A stretch of 64,000 nt of DNA from Rhodobacter sp. Lineage in GTDB: Bacteria > Pseudomonadota > Alphaproteobacteria > Rhodobacterales > Rhodobacteraceae. The notes under the pieces were generated by a model, which was given only the letters and a program-made list of their open reading frames with translations, was not told the DNA's origin and made no database searches. The number at the start of each line of letters is the position of its first letter. Position 1 is the first letter of the stretch. The stretch covers positions 14,420 through 78,419 of the forward strand of contig JBGSQL010000092.1 in assembly GCA_041738105.1 (NCBI GenBank). The letters run 5' to 3'. Shown here piece by piece: positions 39,183 to 49,399 of the stretch. The translations under genes and the position numbers were made by a program.

Positions 39183-41600
39183 ATGAAATTTACTCTCTCA
39201 TGGCTCAAGGACCACCTGGCCACCGAGGCCTCGCTCGAGGCGATCCTGTCGGCCTTGACCGATTTGGGGCACGAGGTCGAGGGCGTCGAGAATCCGGAAC
39301 AGAGGTTGGGCGCCTTCCGTATCGCTCGAGTGATCGAAGCGGCTCCTCACCCGAACGCTGATCGCCTCAGGGTCTGTCGTGTCGAGACGTTTCCGAAAGG
39401 TCCGGGTGGGCCCAGAGAAGAGGTGCAGGTGGTGTGTGGGGCGCCCAATGCCCGGACCGGGCTTGTGGGCGTGTTCGCGCCAGTTGGAACGCATGTTCCA
39501 GGGACTGGCGTCGATCTGAAGCCCGGGGTGATCCGGGGCGTCGAATCGAACGGTATGTTGTGCTCGGAACGCGAGTTGATGCTGTCAGACAATCACGATG
39601 GCATCATCGAGCTTCCAGCAGACGCTCCACTTGGCGCGCGCTTCATCGACTACCGCGGTCTGAACGATCCGATGATCCATGTGAAAATCACTCCGAACCG
39701 CCCGGATGCTCTGGGCGTTCGTGGCCTTGCGCGCGACCTTGCCGCACGGGGGCTAGGCACGCTTGTCCCGTTGGACGTACCCGCAATCAAAGGCAGCTTT
39801 CAAAGCCCGATCGCTGCGTCGATTTCACCCGAGTTGAAGCAGAAGGGCTGCCCGATCTTTGCTGGCCGCGTGATCCGCGGCGTTCGCAACGGGGCGTCAC
39901 CCGACTGGCTGCAAGCGCGGCTGACGGCCATTGGCTTGCGGCCGATCTCGGCACTTGTCGACATAACGAACTATTTCACTTTCGGGCTGAATCGCCCTTT
40001 GCACGTCTTCGATATCAAGAAGGTCAGGGGCGGTTTGCGCATAAACCCAGCCGATGGCGGGGAAAGCCTGCTTGCGTTGGACGGCAAGACGTACACCCTG
40101 CGGCCGGGGATGATGGTGATATCCGACGATACTGGTCCCGTTTCACTCGCGGGGGTGATGGGCGGTGAAAGCTCCGGCTGCGATGGCGAAACGACAGAGG
40201 TTTTCCTGGAGTCAGCCTATTGGGATCCCATCACTATTGCGGCGACCGGACGCGCCTTGAAGATCAACTCTGACGCCAGGTATCGCTTCGAGCGCGGAAT
40301 AGACCCGGCCTTTACCTTGCCGGGACTGGATCTTGCGACCCAGATGGTTCTCGACATCTGTGGCGGCAGCGCATCCGATCTCGTGGTTGATGGAGGGGTG
40401 CCGGACACAACCAGGCACTATCGGTTCGATCCGGATCGCGTCCGGCAGTTGGTCGGGTTGGAAATCCCCGAGGCGGAACAACGTCGCATCCTGAACGCGC
40501 TCGGGTTCACTCTCGCTGGGGATCAGGCGACACCTCCCAGCTGGCGCCCCGACATCCTGGGCGAAGCTGATCTGGTCGAGGAAGTTGCGCGCGTGGCATC
40601 GCTTTCCAGCCTGCAGGGCAAGCCCCTTGCGCGGGCACAGCCTGGCGTCCCGCAGCCCATCCTCACAGCCTTGCAACAACGTGAACGTCTTGCACGACGG
40701 GCCCTTGCCAGTCTGGGATACAACGAGTGTGTCACCTACAGCTTCATCGATGTTGCGGCGGCCACTCAATTTGGCGGGGGCTCTGACGCGGTGCGCATCG
40801 AAAACCCGATCTCTTCAGAGATGACCCACCTTCGCCCCGACCTGCTGCCAGGGCTTTTGCAGGCAGCCGCGCGCAATCAGGCGCGGGGCGTGGCAGATCT
40901 TGCCTTGTTCGAGATCGGCCCGGTCTTCCATGGTGGCGAGCCGGAAGAGCAGACTTTGCTTGCGGCAGGTCTGCTGATCGGCGGGGCGGCTGCCAGAGAT
41001 CCACATGGATCGCGTCGGCTGGTCGATATCTTCGATGCCAAGGCAGATGTCGAGGCGGTACTCAGCCTCCTTGGCGCGCCTGCAAAAGTCCAGATCAACC
41101 GGACCGTCCCGGCGTGGTGGCATCCGGGGCGGTCGGGCACGATCGCCCTTGGCCCGAATGCGCTGGCGACCTACGGTGAATTGCATCCTTCCGTCCTTGC
41201 GGCCTTGGGCGTGAAGGGGCCTGCGGTTGCCTTTACACTGCGCATCGCTGCGATCCCCAGCCCAAAGACACGAACCCCGACAAAGCCGGCTCTGCGCCTG
41301 TCCGACCTTCAGGCGGTCGAGCGCGATTTCGCCTTTGTCGTCGATGATCGTGTCGAGGCGCTCGTTCTTGTGAATGCCGTTCAAGGGGTGGACAAATCGT
41401 TGATCGAGACTGTTCGGGTCTTTGATCAGTTCACTGGCGACAAGGCAGAAGCCCAGATGGGGCCGGGCAAGAAATCGCTCGCTCTTACCGTCAGACTCCA
41501 GCCGACAGAAAAAACGATGACTGATGCCGAGATCGAAGCCGTCAGCGCCAAGATCATCGAAAAGGTCATGAAGGCAACTGGCGGCGTGCTGCGCCGCTAG
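39183..41600 (+). CDS. pheT: Phenylalanine-tRNA ligase beta subunit
   Basis: MKFTLSWL, HPNADRL, VCGAPN, TPNRPD, RFERG, RDFAF. Confidence 0.98.
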   Translation: MKFTLSWLKDHLATEASLEAILSALTDLGHEVEGVENPEQRLGAFRIARVIEAAPHPNADRLRVCRVETFPKGPGGPREEVQVVCGAPNARTGLVGVFAPVGTHVPGTGVDLKPGVIRGVESNGMLCSERELMLSDNHDGIIELPADAPLGARFIDYRGLNDPMIHVKITPNRPDALGVRGLARDLAARGLGTLVPLDVPAIKGSFQSPIAASISPELKQKGCPIFAGRVIRGVRNGASPDWLQARLTAIGLRPISALVDITNYFTFGLNRPLHVFDIKKVRGGLRINPADGGESLLALDGKTYTLRPGMMVISDDTGPVSLAGVMGGESSGCDGETTEVFLESAYWDPITIAATGRALKINSDARYRFERGIDPAFTLPGLDLATQMVLDICGGSASDLVVDGGVPDTTRHYRFDPDRVRQLVGLEIPEAEQRRILNALGFTLAGDQATPPSWRPDILGEADLVEEVARVASLSSLQGKPLARAQPGVPQPILTALQQRERLARRALASLGYNECVTYSFIDVAAATQFGGGSDAVRIENPISSEMTHLRPDLLPGLLQAAARNQARGVADLALFEIGPVFHGGEPEEQTLLAAGLLIGGAAARDPHGSRRLVDIFDAKADVEAVLSLLGAPAKVQINRTVPAWWHPGRSGTIALGPNALATYGELHPSVLAALGVKGPAVAFTLRIAAIPSPKTRTPTKPALRLSDLQAVERDFAFVVDDRVEALVLVNAVQGVDKSLIETVRVFDQFTGDKAEAQMGPGKKSLALTVRLQPTEKTMTDAEIEAVSAKIIEKVMKATGGVLRR

Positions 41601-42695
41601 TCAGGCTTGCGCAGTAGCCCAGCCCGCCGCCTGCATTTCTCGCAGGCGGCTCGCGGTTCGCTCGAACTCGAAGGATCCCACGCCTTCGATGTACAACCTT
41701 TCCGGGCTATCGGCAGCGGAACAGATCAGCCGGACCTTGGCCTCATAAAGTGCATCTATCAGTGTGACGAACCGCTTCGCTTCATTGTAGTTGGATGCCG
41801 ACAGCTGTGGAATATCCTCTAGCAGCAGCACCCGAACAGCTGAAGCGATGGCAAGGTAGTCGGCCGGCCCGAGCGGCCTTGCACAAAGTTCCCAGAAACT
41901 TGCTCGCCCGACGCCGTTGGCGAAAGCGGGCAATTCAACGTCGCGGCCATTGACCGCAAGACGACGCGCAGACGCAATCGCGCCGCCCGTAAGATCGGCC
42001 CAGATCCCTTCCATTGCGGCTTTCGCATCATGTCCGGCCGGAGAGAAATAGACCCGCGCCCCTTCAAGACGGTGCTGCCGATAATCGGTTGGGCTTTCCA
42101 GTTCGATGACGTCCATCCGTGCGCGCAACAATGTGATGAAAGGAACAAAGGACGCCCGGTTCAGGCCATCCTTGTATAGGTCATCGGGTGGGCGGTTCGA
42201 TGTTGTCAGGATCACGACGCCAGCAGCAATCAGCATCTCGAACAATCGCCCGACAATCATTGCATCAGTTATGTCAGTGATCTGCATTTCATCCAGCGCG
42301 AGACAGCGCACATTGGCCGAAATCTGTGACGCAACCTGCTCCAGCGCATCATCCACGCCGCGCTTGCGGGCAGCGTGCATCCCGTGGTGAACCTGCTGCA
42401 TCAAGGCATGGAAATGAACGCGGCGCTTCGCTTCGATCCCGAGCGCATCAAAGAACAGGTCCATCAGCATGGACTTGCCGCGCCCCACGCCGCCCCAGAT
42501 GTAGATGCCTTTCGGAGGTTCAGGCGGGCGCACGAACAATCCCCGAAACCCACCAGACCGGCGCTCTACGTTATCTTCCAGCCACCGACGAATCGCTTCG
42601 AGCCTGGGCAGCAAGGCGTGCTGCGCGGGGTCCGCACGCAAAGTGCCCGCAGCGACCCTTGCCTCATAGATTTCGGTCAGCCCAACCTCTTTCAC
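41601..42695 (-). CDS. zapE: AFG1/ZapE family ATPase
   Basis: GIYIWGGVGRGKSMLMD, RVHFH, DEMQITDITDA, TSNRPP, FERTASRL; start uncertain (GTG 42695 chosen). Confidence 0.92.
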   Translation of the reverse strand: MKEVGLTEIYEARVAAGTLRADPAQHALLPRLEAIRRWLEDNVERRSGGFRGLFVRPPEPPKGIYIWGGVGRGKSMLMDLFFDALGIEAKRRVHFHALMQQVHHGMHAARKRGVDDALEQVASQISANVRCLALDEMQITDITDAMIVGRLFEMLIAAGVVILTTSNRPPDDLYKDGLNRASFVPFITLLRARMDVIELESPTDYRQHRLEGARVYFSPAGHDAKAAMEGIWADLTGGAIASARRLAVNGRDVELPAFANGVGRASFWELCARPLGPADYLAIASAVRVLLLEDIPQLSASNYNEAKRFVTLIDALYEAKVRLICSAADSPERLYIEGVGSFEFERTASRLREMQAAGWATAQA

Positions 42696-42909
42696 TGCCG
42701 CGCAACTTCCATGACGATGGCCAGTCGTGCCATCGGCCTTACCGCCGCGCAAGACACGCTGATCAAGCAATCGCCCTCGTGTTTCCGCGGCAGCGTCGAT
42801 GGATGTTGCAACCTTATGGCTCTCGTCTTCCGGCATGCCGGGCACGATAGCACTTGATCGATCCGGCTCAAGTCATTCAACCACATGCTCTGGCCGAAGG
42901 GTCAACCTC

Positions 42910-42937
42910 GGAACCAACAATCGGGGATTGACGTTCC
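42910..42937. promoter_or_regulatory. ECF sigma (EcfG-type) promoter motif, present on both strands
   Basis: Plus: GGAAC-N17-CGTT (42910-42935). Minus: GGAAC-N17-GGTT over the same bases. Confidence 0.5.
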
Positions 42938-42984
42938 GGCGCGGCCCTCGCAGTGTCGCCAGCCGATCACCTTGGGGATCCACT

Positions 42985-44220
42985 TTGGCGAAAGTTTCTC
43001 TCTTCACTCCGGTCCTGATCGGCGGTTGCATCATCCTGATGATCAACTTCGCAATCCGTGCATCATTCGGTGTTTTTCAACTGCCGATCGCAGACGAATT
43101 CGGATGGCCGCGCGTCGAATTCTCGATGGCGATCGCGATCCAGAACCTTGCGTGGGGCTTCGGCCAGCCGATTTTCGGCGCGCTCGCTGAAAGATTCGGT
43201 GACCGGCTAGCAATCATTGTGGGGGCGCTGCTCTATGCTGCCGGGCTGGTCCTTTCCAGTCTCGCCGTCACTCCCGGCCAGCATCACCTGTTCGAGATCC
43301 TGATCGGTTTCGGAATCGCTGGAACGGGCTTTGGTGTCATTCTGGCGATTGTGGGTCGCGCGGCATCCCCCGAGAACCGCTCTCTCACGCTGGGCATTGC
43401 TACGGCTGCAGGTTCTGCCGGACAAGTGTTTGGCCCGCCGGTGGCCGAGATGCTGCTTGGCGTCTACGATTGGCAAACCGTATTCCTGATCTTTTCAGCT
43501 GTAATCCTGCTGTCGCTCCTTATGTTGCCGCTGTTGCGCGCCCCTCAGATGGCAACCAGACACGAACTTGACGAGGCTTTGGGAACGGTTTTACGGCGCG
43601 CGCTGCGCGATCCAAGCTACACGCTGATCTTTGTCGGCTTCTTCTCATGCGGCTACCAACTTGGGTTCATCACCGCACATTTCCCGGCGTTTGTAACCGA
43701 GCTTTGCGGCCCGATCAGTCCAAACGGCGTCCTCGCGGCGGTGGGTGTGACGACAACCTCGGCGCTGGGCGCGATTGCGATCTCGGTCATTGGTCTTGCC
43801 AATATCGCGGGGTCGATCCTGTCGGGCCTGCTCGGCCAACGTTACAGCAAGAAGTATCTGCTTGCGGCTATCTACACGGGGCGCACGATCGCATCCATCC
43901 TGTTCATAATGCTGCCGATCACACCTGTATCCGTAGTCGTGTTCTCGTTGGTGACGGGCGCGCTTTGGTTGGCAACGGTGCCGCTGACCTCGGGCCTCGT
44001 CGCCTATATTTATGGGGTCCGGTACATGGGCACGCTCTATGGATTTGTCTTCTTCAGCCATCAGCTTGGCGCCTTCCTGGGGGTATGGCTCGGCGGCAAG
44101 ATGTACGACGTCAACGGAGGATACGGTGTCGCCTGGTGGATCGGGGTCGGGGTCGGCGCGTTCTCAGCCATCGTCCATCTTCCGATCCGGGAACGTCAGA
44201 TGGTTGCCTCAACAGCATGA
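42985..44220 (+). CDS. MFS transporter
   Basis: 12 TM segments, RASFGVF, QNLAWG.GQP, GALAERFG, FFSCGYQ, HQLGAFLG; TTG start. Confidence 0.92.
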   Translation: MAKVSLFTPVLIGGCIILMINFAIRASFGVFQLPIADEFGWPRVEFSMAIAIQNLAWGFGQPIFGALAERFGDRLAIIVGALLYAAGLVLSSLAVTPGQHHLFEILIGFGIAGTGFGVILAIVGRAASPENRSLTLGIATAAGSAGQVFGPPVAEMLLGVYDWQTVFLIFSAVILLSLLMLPLLRAPQMATRHELDEALGTVLRRALRDPSYTLIFVGFFSCGYQLGFITAHFPAFVTELCGPISPNGVLAAVGVTTTSALGAIAISVIGLANIAGSILSGLLGQRYSKKYLLAAIYTGRTIASILFIMLPITPVSVVVFSLVTGALWLATVPLTSGLVAYIYGVRYMGTLYGFVFFSHQLGAFLGVWLGGKMYDVNGGYGVAWWIGVGVGAFSAIVHLPIRERQMVASTA

Positions 44221-44275
44221 GCCTTAGCGAAAGGGTGCGACGCGCTCGGCACTGTGATCTGCAGGGACAGGCGTC

Positions 44276-45445
44276 ATGCGGATAGGGATCGTCTGCCTTG
44301 TCCTCGCTTATGTGCTCAGCCAGTTCTACCGGGCCTTTCTCGCCGTTCTTTCGCCCGTCCTTTCGACAGATACCGGGGCATCGGCCCAAGACCTTGCTGC
44401 GGCATCCGGGCTCTGGTTCCTGGCCTTCGCGCTCATGCAACTTCCGGTCGGAAGCGCACTCGATCGCATCGGCCCCCGCCGTACGACTTCGGCCTTGCTG
44501 TGCATCTGCGCCTTGGGTGCGGTCGTGTTTGCGCTCGCTGAAGGCCCTCTTGCCATCAAGGTTGCCATGCTACTGATCGGAGCTGGTTGTTCATCCGTGC
44601 TCATGTCCGCCTATTACATCTTCGCGCGCCTCTATCCGCCAGCCATCTTCGGCACGCTGGCCGGGATGATGATCGGCATAGGATCGATCGGAAACATAGC
44701 ATCGGCTTTGCCCCTTGCCTGGGCTGCCGAAACATTCGGATGGCGGTCTTCTGTCGGGCTTGCCGCAGTCCTGACGCTCGCGACAGCACTTACTGTTCAT
44801 CTGATGGTGCGCGACCCTGGCAGTTTGCCAGAAGGCCCAAGGGGTTCGCTGCTGGACCTGCTCAGAATGCGCGCCCTCTGGCCAATTCTCGCAATGATGG
44901 CAGCCTGCTATGCCCCGGCCGCTGGCATTCGCGGCTTCTGGGTTGGTCCCTACATGGGGAACGTCTTCAATGCAGGGCCGAGCAGCATCGGAACGGCGAC
45001 CCTGATCATGGGACTGGCCATGATTGCTGGCAACTTTGCCTACGGTCCACTCGACCGTGCGCTTGGCACACGCAAGTGGCTGATCATCGCCGGCAACCTG
45101 CCGACAGCGATCTGCCTTCTGGCGCTCTGGAGCTGGCCGGCGGCATCCGGAACGGCATCGATCCTTCTTCTCGCGTCGATTGGATTCTTTGGGGCTTCCT
45201 TTCCTGTCGTGATCGCGCATGGGCGCGCCTTCCTTCCACCGCACCTGGTTGGTCGAGGTGTCACGCTGCTCAATCTCTTCGGCATCGGGGCCGTCGGCCT
45301 CATGCAGGTCGCGACCGGCCGATTGCATGCCAGCATGGCTCCCGTGCCCGGGGCCGCTTCCTATGCCGCCGTCTTTCTGTTCTTCGCGATCATGCTTCTG
45401 ATCGGTATCGCGATCTATGCCTTCAGCCGCGACCGGATCGACTGA
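44276..45445 (+). CDS. MFS transporter
   Basis: YVLSQFYRAFLAV, GSALDRIGPRR motif A, YGPLDR. Confidence 0.92.
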   Translation: MRIGIVCLVLAYVLSQFYRAFLAVLSPVLSTDTGASAQDLAAASGLWFLAFALMQLPVGSALDRIGPRRTTSALLCICALGAVVFALAEGPLAIKVAMLLIGAGCSSVLMSAYYIFARLYPPAIFGTLAGMMIGIGSIGNIASALPLAWAAETFGWRSSVGLAAVLTLATALTVHLMVRDPGSLPEGPRGSLLDLLRMRALWPILAMMAACYAPAAGIRGFWVGPYMGNVFNAGPSSIGTATLIMGLAMIAGNFAYGPLDRALGTRKWLIIAGNLPTAICLLALWSWPAASGTASILLLASIGFFGASFPVVIAHGRAFLPPHLVGRGVTLLNLFGIGAVGLMQVATGRLHASMAPVPGAASYAAVFLFFAIMLLIGIAIYAFSRDRID

Positions 45446-45505
45446 GGCCTTTCCCCAGGGTGGTCCATGCGGTAAGGGGCGCTGTAAGAAGTCGAGGAGT
45501 ATCTG

Positions 45506-46528
45506 ATGGGCTACAGGGTCGTCGTTGCGGGCGCCACGGGCAACGTGGGCCGCGAAATGCTGAATATCCTTGCCGAGCGCGAGTTCCCGGTCGATGAAAT
45601 CGCGGCACTTGCCTCGCGCAAGTCGCTGGGCACAGAAATCAGCTTTGGCGACAAGACCGTCAAGACGCGCGATCTGGATACCTTCGATTTCGCTGGATGG
45701 GACATTGCCCTTTTCGCGGTCGGCTCCGACGCGACCCGGATCTATGCACCGAGGGCCGCTGCTGCCGGTTGCGTAGTGATCGACAACTCGTCCCTCTATC
45801 GCTACGACCCGTCAATCCCCTTGATCGTGCCGGAAGTGAACGCGGATGCGATCTTCGAGTACAAGAACCGAATGATTATCGCCAATCCCAACTGCTCCAC
45901 GGCGCAGATGGTGGTCGCGCTCAAACCGCTGCATGACCGTGCGCGTATCAAGCGGGTTGTCGTTTCGACCTACCAGTCCGTGTCCGGTGCCGGCAAGGAA
46001 GGCATCGACGAATTGTGGGACCAGACAAAGGGCCTTTACGTGCCCGGTCAAGAGGTCGCCCCGAAGAAGTTTCAAAAGCAGATCGCGTTCAACGTGATCC
46101 CACAGATCGACGTGTTTCTCGACGATGGATCGACCAAGGAAGAATGGAAGATGGTCGCGGAAACAAAGAAGATTCTCGACAAGCGCATCAAGGTCACGGC
46201 GACATGCGTTCGGGTTCCGGTTTTTGTTGGCCACTCCGAGTCGATCAACATCGAGTTTGAGGATTTCCTCGACGAGCACGAGGCGCGCGACATCCTTCGC
46301 GAAGCGCCTGGCGTTCTTGTCGTCGACAAGCGCGAGCCAGGCGGATACATCACCCCGATCGAATGTGTCGGCGACTACGCAACCTATGTCAGCCGCATCC
46401 GGCAAGATAGCACGATCGACAACGGCATCTCGCTTTGGTGCGTCTCGGACAATCTGCGCAAAGGGGCCGCCCTGAACGCTGTCCAGATTGCCGAGGTTCT
46501 TGGCAACCGATGCCTGAAGAAGGGCTGA
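45506..46528 (+). CDS. asd: Aspartate-semialdehyde dehydrogenase
   Basis: GATGNVG, IDNSS, ANPNCST, YQSVSGAG, DNLRKGAA. Confidence 0.98.
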   Translation: MGYRVVVAGATGNVGREMLNILAEREFPVDEIAALASRKSLGTEISFGDKTVKTRDLDTFDFAGWDIALFAVGSDATRIYAPRAAAAGCVVIDNSSLYRYDPSIPLIVPEVNADAIFEYKNRMIIANPNCSTAQMVVALKPLHDRARIKRVVVSTYQSVSGAGKEGIDELWDQTKGLYVPGQEVAPKKFQKQIAFNVIPQIDVFLDDGSTKEEWKMVAETKKILDKRIKVTATCVRVPVFVGHSESINIEFEDFLDEHEARDILREAPGVLVVDKREPGGYITPIECVGDYATYVSRIRQDSTIDNGISLWCVSDNLRKGAALNAVQIAEVLGNRCLKKG

Positions 46529-46719
46529 CCAGCCAGGATCGACTTGTGTCTCGACCGCTTGGCGGTTTTGGGAAATGACGCCTGCGACTCGCCGGCTTTG
46601 CGGCAACCGCTCCGCACAGAAACGGTGCGCTGACGCAAGGTGACAGGCGTGCGGCGCGGTCCCATTTATCGGCAACCGCCATTCGCATCGGGATGGCATA
46701 GCGGAGGATGGAGACGCAG

Positions 46720-47640
46720 ATGGCCAAGCTCGCAATTCCCGGTATCCACCACGTCACGGCAATTTCCGGAGCTGCACAGGCGAACGTTGATTTCTACACC
46801 GGCACGCTGAAGCAGCGTCTTGTCAAGAAGACCGTCAACTTCGACGCACCAGACACCTATCACCTCTATTACGGTGATCATGTCGGTTCGCCCGGCACAA
46901 TTCTCACGTTCTTTCCCTTTGCCGACGCGGGCCAGGGGCGTGCTGGCCCCGGCATGGCCAGCGCCTACGCCTATGCCTTGCCAAAAGACGGCTTCGACAG
47001 GTGGGTTGACGACCTCGCGGCGTCTGCGATCGATTTCGACTTCGCGCCAGACCGTTTCGGTGCGCGCGTCATGGTGCTGCACGATGCCGATGGGGCACCG
47101 GTCGAGCTGATCGAAACCGATCGATCGTCGTCAGAGTCTCTCGATGGCTTTCACTCTGTCACCCTCTGGTTGCGCGATCCCGGTCCAACCGCGCGGCTGC
47201 TGACCGATGTTTTCGGCTATGACGAGGGTGGCAGCGAGTCCGTCGACGCTGTTGAGCGGATACGCCTGATCGCCCCTGGCGCAGAGCGGGGCAATGTCAT
47301 CGACCTGATCCGGTCCGACACGGCGTCGATCGGACGGCCGGGAAAGGGCACGATTCATCACGTCGCCTTTCGCGCCCGCAGTGATGATGAACAGAAGGCC
47401 TGGCAGGATCGGCTCGCGTCCGCCGGGCACCGCACAACAGAAGTGATCGACCGGCAATATTTCAACGCGATCTACTTCCGCGAACCCGGTGGTGTGCTGT
47501 TCGAGATCGCAACCGACCCGCCTGGTTTTGCCGTCGACGAACCGGTTGAAAGCCTGGGGCGTGGATTGATGCTTCCTGCCCGATATGAACCGATCCGCGA
47601 CAGGCTGGAACGCGTCCTTCCCCCGCTCAAGGTCGTGTGA
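46720..47640 (+). CDS. Ring-cleaving dioxygenase / VOC family (MhqO-like)
   Basis: GIHHVTAI, LVKKTVNFD..YHLYYGD, IHHVAFR, DRQYFNAIYFREPGGVLFEIAT. Confidence 0.92.
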   Translation: MAKLAIPGIHHVTAISGAAQANVDFYTGTLKQRLVKKTVNFDAPDTYHLYYGDHVGSPGTILTFFPFADAGQGRAGPGMASAYAYALPKDGFDRWVDDLAASAIDFDFAPDRFGARVMVLHDADGAPVELIETDRSSSESLDGFHSVTLWLRDPGPTARLLTDVFGYDEGGSESVDAVERIRLIAPGAERGNVIDLIRSDTASIGRPGKGTIHHVAFRARSDDEQKAWQDRLASAGHRTTEVIDRQYFNAIYFREPGGVLFEIATDPPGFAVDEPVESLGRGLMLPARYEPIRDRLERVLPPLKVV

Positions 47641-47852
47641 TGCTGAACGACCGCTCGCATTGGTCGCATGCGGGCGAACTGGCCAACCGTGCCAAATTCG
47701 CGTGGCGCGCAACGCAACGGCGCCACAGCACAACTGGGCGGAGAGCATTCCCCCCTGATCAAGGCGCCAAGTAGCCTCTTGCAGTGAAAACGCTTGATTT
47801 TATTGTAGTTTACCTCGAGCATTTTCTGAGGGGCACTTGCGAGGACGCCACC

Positions 47853-48203
47853 ATGCTGGAGTTTCTGCCGAAAGAGGTGCGCGAGGGGCTCGAGGCCGCC
47901 CGGAATCGCGATCGTACCAGAAAGTCCCGCTTGCGTGTTCAAGTGGGCGAGGCAGTGTTCCCGATACTGCGGTTTTGGCATGATGGCTTTGCCCTTGATG
48001 CCGGTCGGACGCCCAGATTGCGGGGGCTTGTCGATGTCTATGAAGGGGCGCGCCACGTCTCCCAATGCCTGATTGTCGCGTCCACCGTCGAGAACGGCGA
48101 ATTGATCTGCGAGTTCAAGCGCTCGACCTTGGCCGAAGACAAGCCCGCCCTTGATTTTTGCCGAGACGAGTCAGCCCCGGTGGCCTACCTGCCAAAGCAC
48201 TGA
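47853..48203 (+). CDS. Conserved hypothetical protein
   Basis: GAGG RBS then MLEFLPKEVREGLEAAR..LRGLVDVYEG..QCLI..CEFKR; host-like codon usage. Confidence 0.8.
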   Translation: MLEFLPKEVREGLEAARNRDRTRKSRLRVQVGEAVFPILRFWHDGFALDAGRTPRLRGLVDVYEGARHVSQCLIVASTVENGELICEFKRSTLAEDKPALDFCRDESAPVAYLPKH

Positions 48204-48223
48204 CCTTGGGCTTGCCCGTTTCC

Positions 48224-49399
48224 TTACTGCAGGTCGGAAAACGCGAACTTCAACCGCAAGACGGCATCCTCGATGACTGATCTTGGCGCTGCCAGGTTGA
48301 ACCGCAAGAAGTTCTCGCCACCGGCCCCAAAAGTCGCGCCGTGGTTCGTTGCAATCTTCGCTTGTGTTGCGACTCGGTCAGAGAACTCTGCCGGCGTCAT
48401 GCCCGTGCCGGTGAAATCGACCCAAGCCAGATAGGTTGCTTCCAGAGGCATCGACGCAAGACCCGGGATTGCGGCGACCCCCAAGTCGAAGATCCGACGG
48501 TTTTCGTCCAGATAGGTCATGAGTTGATCCACCCATGCGGCGCCGTCTGGCGAATAGGCCGCCGTTGCCATATGCAGACCGAAACTGTTTGGCGAAATCC
48601 CAAGCGCCATCATTCTGGCGGAGAAGCGTTTTCGCAACGACGGATCAGGGATGATCACGTTGCCAATGTGGGCACCGGCAATGTTGAACGTCTTGGTCGC
48701 CGCCGTCATCATTACCAGACGGTCGGATACCTCTGGAGCAGCGTTTGGCATGACCATGTGCGTGTGGCCGGGATAAACAAGATCATGATGGATCTCGTCC
48801 GAGACGAGGATCAGATCGTGGCGTTGGCAAAAGGCGGCCACGCCCTTCAACTCTGCTTGGGTCCAGACGCGCCCGCCGGGATTGTGCGGCGAGCAGAGGA
48901 TCAACATCGTCTCGGCGCCCGTCATCTGGGCATCCCAGGCGTCGAAATCCATCTCGTAGCGGCCTGCCACTTGTTTGAGCCTGCATTCGACGACATTCCG
49001 CCCCGCGGCTTTGATCACCCTGGAGAACGCGTGATAGACGGGGGTCAGAAGCACCACACCGTCGCCCGCCTTGGTGAACGCGTCGATGCACAGCGCCGCG
49101 CCGTTGACCAGGCCGTGTGTCGTGAAAATCTCGTCGCGTGCGACCTTCCACCCGTGTCGCGTCTCCATCCACCAGCGGATCGCGTCCAGATAGGCGCGAT
49201 CATCGCCGAAATACCCATAGATGCCATGACGGGCCATTTCTTCGACAGCCTGCTGCACCACGGCAGGCGGCGCAAACTCCATGTCGGCAACCCACATCGC
49301 CAACCCGCTATCCGCCGGGACACCGTAGAGGGTTTCCATCATGTCCCACTTGTAGCAATGGGTTCCCCGACGATCGATCACCTTGTCAAAACGCATCAT
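48224..49399 (-). CDS. MalY/PatB family PLP-dependent cystathionine beta-lyase
   Basis: KWD, MWVADMEF, LCSPHNPGG, SDEIH, KTFNIAG, ATYLAWVD. Confidence 0.93.
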   Translation of the reverse strand: MMRFDKVIDRRGTHCYKWDMMETLYGVPADSGLAMWVADMEFAPPAVVQQAVEEMARHGIYGYFGDDRAYLDAIRWWMETRHGWKVARDEIFTTHGLVNGAALCIDAFTKAGDGVVLLTPVYHAFSRVIKAAGRNVVECRLKQVAGRYEMDFDAWDAQMTGAETMLILCSPHNPGGRVWTQAELKGVAAFCQRHDLILVSDEIHHDLVYPGHTHMVMPNAAPEVSDRLVMMTAATKTFNIAGAHIGNVIIPDPSLRKRFSARMMALGISPNSFGLHMATAAYSPDGAAWVDQLMTYLDENRRIFDLGVAAIPGLASMPLEATYLAWVDFTGTGMTPAEFSDRVATQAKIATNHGATFGAGGENFLRFNLAAPRSVIEDAVLRLKFAFSDLQ

